Assembly: GCA_964291315.2 (NCBI GenBank)
Contig: OZ219753.1
Location: forward strand, 192,001 to 256,000
Direction: 5' to 3'
From: Candidatus Poribacteria bacterium
Lineage (GTDB): Bacteria > Poribacteria > WGA-4E > WGA-3G
Length of the DNA stretch: 64,000 nt
Shown here: positions 60,935-64,000 of the stretch, piece by piece
Layout: every line of letters begins with the position of its first letter
Position numbering within the stretch: the first letter of the stretch is position 1
The notes under the pieces: generated by a model
What the model saw: only the letters and a program-made list of their open reading frames with translations
The model's database searches: none
What the model was told of the DNA's origin: nothing
Program-made: the position numbers and the translations under genes

Positions 60935-61897
60935 ATGCCATATGTCAAGATTCCAAAGGAATGGGAAATCCCCGAAGATCCGGTAACGTCTGAGGTAGAC
61001 TATATCAATCGCAGGAAATTCATCAAAGATTTAGGCTTGGCGAGTGCAAGTATGTTACTTTTTTCCGGATCAAGTGCTTGTGCAGCTGAAAAGGGAGTTG
61101 AGAAACAGTTGGCTCCCTTCCGTGCCCAAGGCCTTGCTGCTGAAAAGAACTCTGCCTTTGCTGTAAATAGGAAAATGACTGACGAAATAGTTGCTGCTAC
61201 CTACAATAATTACTATGAGTTTACTATGTCTAAGCGGACTGTTTGGAAAAAAGTAGAAAAATTCAGAACACGTCCGTGGGAGGTCGAGATATCAGGGCTC
61301 GTCGAAAAACCGATGACTTTGGACGTAGATGACTTAATCAGACAGATGCCACTCGAAGAACGTGTCTATCGGTTCCGTTGTGTTGAGGCATGGGCAATGG
61401 TGGTACCTTGGATCGGCTTCCCGATGAAAGCACTGCTGGAAAAAGTTCAGCCGAAAGCCGAAGCTAAATATGTCCGAATGTTCACTTTTTTGGACCCCGA
61501 TGTCGCTCTTGAGCAAAACAACACGCGTTTACCGTGGCCCTATTTTGAAGGCCTCACACTCGCTGAGTCAATGAACGACCTGACACTGCTCACTGTCGGT
61601 ATTTATGGGCATATTTTACCACCACAGCACGGTGCTCCCATACGGCTTATTGTGCCTTGGAAGTACGGGTTCAAAAGCATAAAGTCCATCGTCAGCATCG
61701 AATTGACGGATCAGAAACCACGCACTTTTTGGAATACACTTATGCCGAGAGCATATAGCTTTGAAGCAAATGTCAACCCTAACGTACCACATCCGAACTG
61801 GTCGCAAGCTAGCGAGAGAATGATTGGGACTGGAGAAAGGTTCCCGACGATGATTTACAACGGCTATGGGAGCTCTGTCGCGCACCTCTATCCCTAA
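60935..61897 (+). CDS. msrP: methionine sulfoxide reductase catalytic subunit MsrP
   Basis: Tat motif NRRKFI, TYNNYYEF, YRFRCVEAW, HGAPIRLIVPWKYGFKSIK, NVNP.V.HP.WSQ. Confidence 0.95.
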   Translation: MPYVKIPKEWEIPEDPVTSEVDYINRRKFIKDLGLASASMLLFSGSSACAAEKGVEKQLAPFRAQGLAAEKNSAFAVNRKMTDEIVAATYNNYYEFTMSKRTVWKKVEKFRTRPWEVEISGLVEKPMTLDVDDLIRQMPLEERVYRFRCVEAWAMVVPWIGFPMKALLEKVQPKAEAKYVRMFTFLDPDVALEQNNTRLPWPYFEGLTLAESMNDLTLLTVGIYGHILPPQHGAPIRLIVPWKYGFKSIKSIVSIELTDQKPRTFWNTLMPRAYSFEANVNPNVPHPNWSQASERMIGTGERFPTMIYNGYGSSVAHLYP

Positions 61898-62058
61898 CCT
61901 ATTTACACGTTCGCGCGGGTTTGAGATGGAATAAATAGAAAACAAGAACCAACTGAATTATTACTGCGCCAATCCTCATAATTCTACTACTCTTTGTGTA
62001 GCTATGAAAAGCGCCCCTGTGGCTGGTTCAGTTAATAGCAGCCTTGGCGTTGCAAAGT

Positions 62059-62967
62059 ATGAAATATCTTATTTGTTTTCTTTTACTGATGCCGATAGTT
62101 TCAGCATCAGCAGCTTGGAAATCAGCAGAGAGTCCACATTTTCGGGTCTATTATCGAGAGGGCACAGTGGACCCAACGTCAATCCTTCAGATTGCGGAGG
62201 ATTTCTATGCTGAGATGTCACAGTTGACAAGTCGGATGCAGGCCGGACTGATTGACATCTGGGTCTGTAATACGCATCAAGAGTTTCAAGCTTCTGTTCA
62301 TGCACCTATTCACGATTGGGCTGTCGGGTGCGCCTTTCCACTCAGCCGGCGAATCGTTATTCAGAATCCAAAGCATATAGCTCTTGCCCAACTACAACTA
62401 GTACAAGTCCTCCGCCACGAAATTGCACACGTTTTCTTTGGACAGTGCACCCGCAAGACTGTTAGAGAGATACCTTTGTGGTTTGTGGAGGGAGTCGCCA
62501 TCTATTTCGCTGATGAATGGGTACCCAATCGGCACGGAACCCTCCTCAAACATATTTTCTCGAAATCCGTACGCCCCCTGCAAGAGCTCGCTCGCAGCTT
62601 TCCACGTTCACAAACCGGGGCAGATTTGGCCTACGCTGAAAGCCAAGACGCAGTCCGCTGGTTAGTCGAAGTCAAGGGCAAAAATGTCCTATTCGAGATT
62701 ATTGGAAAACTGCAGGCAGGCAGTAATTTCAATACCGCTTTTAAAGAAAGCGTTGGATGGGACTTGAATACATATGATAGTCTTTGGCGCAAATCACTAA
62801 CCGAGCGTTACCGATGGGCCTCCCTCTTTTCTAACGCATATTTCATGTGGGGTGGACTTGGTGGGCTTGCACTCCTCAGCTACCTTGTCTGTTGGAATCG
62901 CAGACGGCGGCACCTCAGCAAACTTGCACAACAAGAAGACACTGTGGATACCTTCTTCAAAACCTAA
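62059..62967 (+). CDS. peptidase MA family metallopeptidase with C-terminal TM anchor
   Basis: Signal peptide, HEIAH, PLWFVEGVA, AYAES. Confidence 0.85.
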   Translation: MKYLICFLLLMPIVSASAAWKSAESPHFRVYYREGTVDPTSILQIAEDFYAEMSQLTSRMQAGLIDIWVCNTHQEFQASVHAPIHDWAVGCAFPLSRRIVIQNPKHIALAQLQLVQVLRHEIAHVFFGQCTRKTVREIPLWFVEGVAIYFADEWVPNRHGTLLKHIFSKSVRPLQELARSFPRSQTGADLAYAESQDAVRWLVEVKGKNVLFEIIGKLQAGSNFNTAFKESVGWDLNTYDSLWRKSLTERYRWASLFSNAYFMWGGLGGLALLSYLVCWNRRRRHLSKLAQQEDTVDTFFKT

Positions 62968-62975
62968 AAAAACCG

Positions 62976-63974
62976 ATGTACACTTCTCTGATTTACGTTA
63001 TCATCTGTCTGATCTGCGTTGTTTCAATGGTGATCGCTCAACCCAAATCGCTCTTGCAATACCCTAACCAATTGACTCGCGATGGACACGTCGTTGTGCT
63101 CCCCGGCCACGGCACCGTCTATATTGTCTCTGACCTGCATGCGCACTGGGACGATTTTAACCGATGGCTGCAGCTCACAAATCTCATTGAACGGATTCAA
63201 GCGGGCGAAGATGTTTATGGTTTAATACTCGGGGATGCGATTGATTATAAACCAAGTGAGCCCAGGCACTCCCCTTACGGGGATATACTTATTGTTGACC
63301 GAGTGATGGAACTCCACAAGCGACTTGGCGATAAAGGTAAGAGGCTTATCTACGTCCGGGGCAATCACGAATTCGCCGCAGCAGAGGCTTATGCAATGCT
63401 CAAAAGGATGGGAATGACAGCAGAAAATCGGTCCCACTTTATTCGCTTGCTCTATGAGAGCCCGTCTGGCGCTTACTATGAACAGTTCAACTTCATTGAA
63501 AGAATGACCGATCTGCATTATGAATTCCTGATGAATTTACCCACGGTCGTTGTTGCGAAAAATGGATTCGTCGGTGTTCATGCCGGACCGGCGCGTTTTG
63601 TCACAAGCTTTGACGATCTCGTTGAGCCTGATTCCAAGACCTTAGAGGAACTCCTTTGGCCCCGGCCGGAAATCGCATATACAGGCGGATACACTCTAAG
63701 ACATATTGAAAAATTTCTTAAAGTTCTCCAGGGCAACCTGCTCATCGTTGGGCACACGCCGATCAGTTATTTTCCAAAAAAAAACGTCAGAGATGGTATA
63801 GCGACATTCGGAGAAAACCAGATTATTTTCTCGACTGGCTATAGCGGTCCACCGGGAATCCAAGCATATATAGAAATTGACTTGGCAGATACCTATCCTT
63901 CCGTACACGCGCTGAAGTTGGGCGCGAATATCCATCATCTTTACAATGATAGCGGAAAACTAGAGAAGCATTAG
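62976..63974 (+). CDS. calcineurin-like metallophosphoesterase
   Basis: SDLH, GDAID, RGNHE, VHAG, LLW, VGHT; N-terminal hydrophobic helix. Confidence 0.88.
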   Translation: MYTSLIYVIICLICVVSMVIAQPKSLLQYPNQLTRDGHVVVLPGHGTVYIVSDLHAHWDDFNRWLQLTNLIERIQAGEDVYGLILGDAIDYKPSEPRHSPYGDILIVDRVMELHKRLGDKGKRLIYVRGNHEFAAAEAYAMLKRMGMTAENRSHFIRLLYESPSGAYYEQFNFIERMTDLHYEFLMNLPTVVVAKNGFVGVHAGPARFVTSFDDLVEPDSKTLEELLWPRPEIAYTGGYTLRHIEKFLKVLQGNLLIVGHTPISYFPKKNVRDGIATFGENQIIFSTGYSGPPGIQAYIEIDLADTYPSVHALKLGANIHHLYNDSGKLEKH

Positions 63975-64000
63975 CGGTATGCTTTTATAGGAAAGCTGCA

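Overview
Bacterial chromosomal segment with no phage, transposase, CRISPR, rRNA or tRNA. Gene content (WD40 and very long TPR proteins, a DUF6785-like peptide transporter, tandem large ABC-2 permeases, several Gfo/Idh/MocA oxidoreductases, GTAG-headed hairpin repeats) suggests Candidatus Poribacteria or a relative; this is inference only. Housekeeping genes (guaA, rplU-rpmA, rng, dprA, nagB, msrP) are mixed with envelope, regulatory and sulfur genes and at least four disrupted genes. Highlights: (1) a minus-strand unit at 54603-57354 made of a Cys-rich upstream ORF ending in the RGPP ribosome-arrest motif, an outer-membrane beta-barrel gene whose real frame contains an in-frame UGA in a C-P-A-U (CxxU) motif followed by a hairpin (candidate selenoprotein), and an FMN-bind-like protein; (2) two copies, 37 kb apart on opposite strands, of a ~300-nt structured leader (9160-9450 and 46051-46380) with co-linear conserved blocks and compensatory base changes, upstream of unrelated exported proteins; (3) an adjacent PorY-like/PorX-like pair; (4) a sulfite reductase-TusA fusion near moeB. 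All product calls come from motif recognition by eye; no database search was run.
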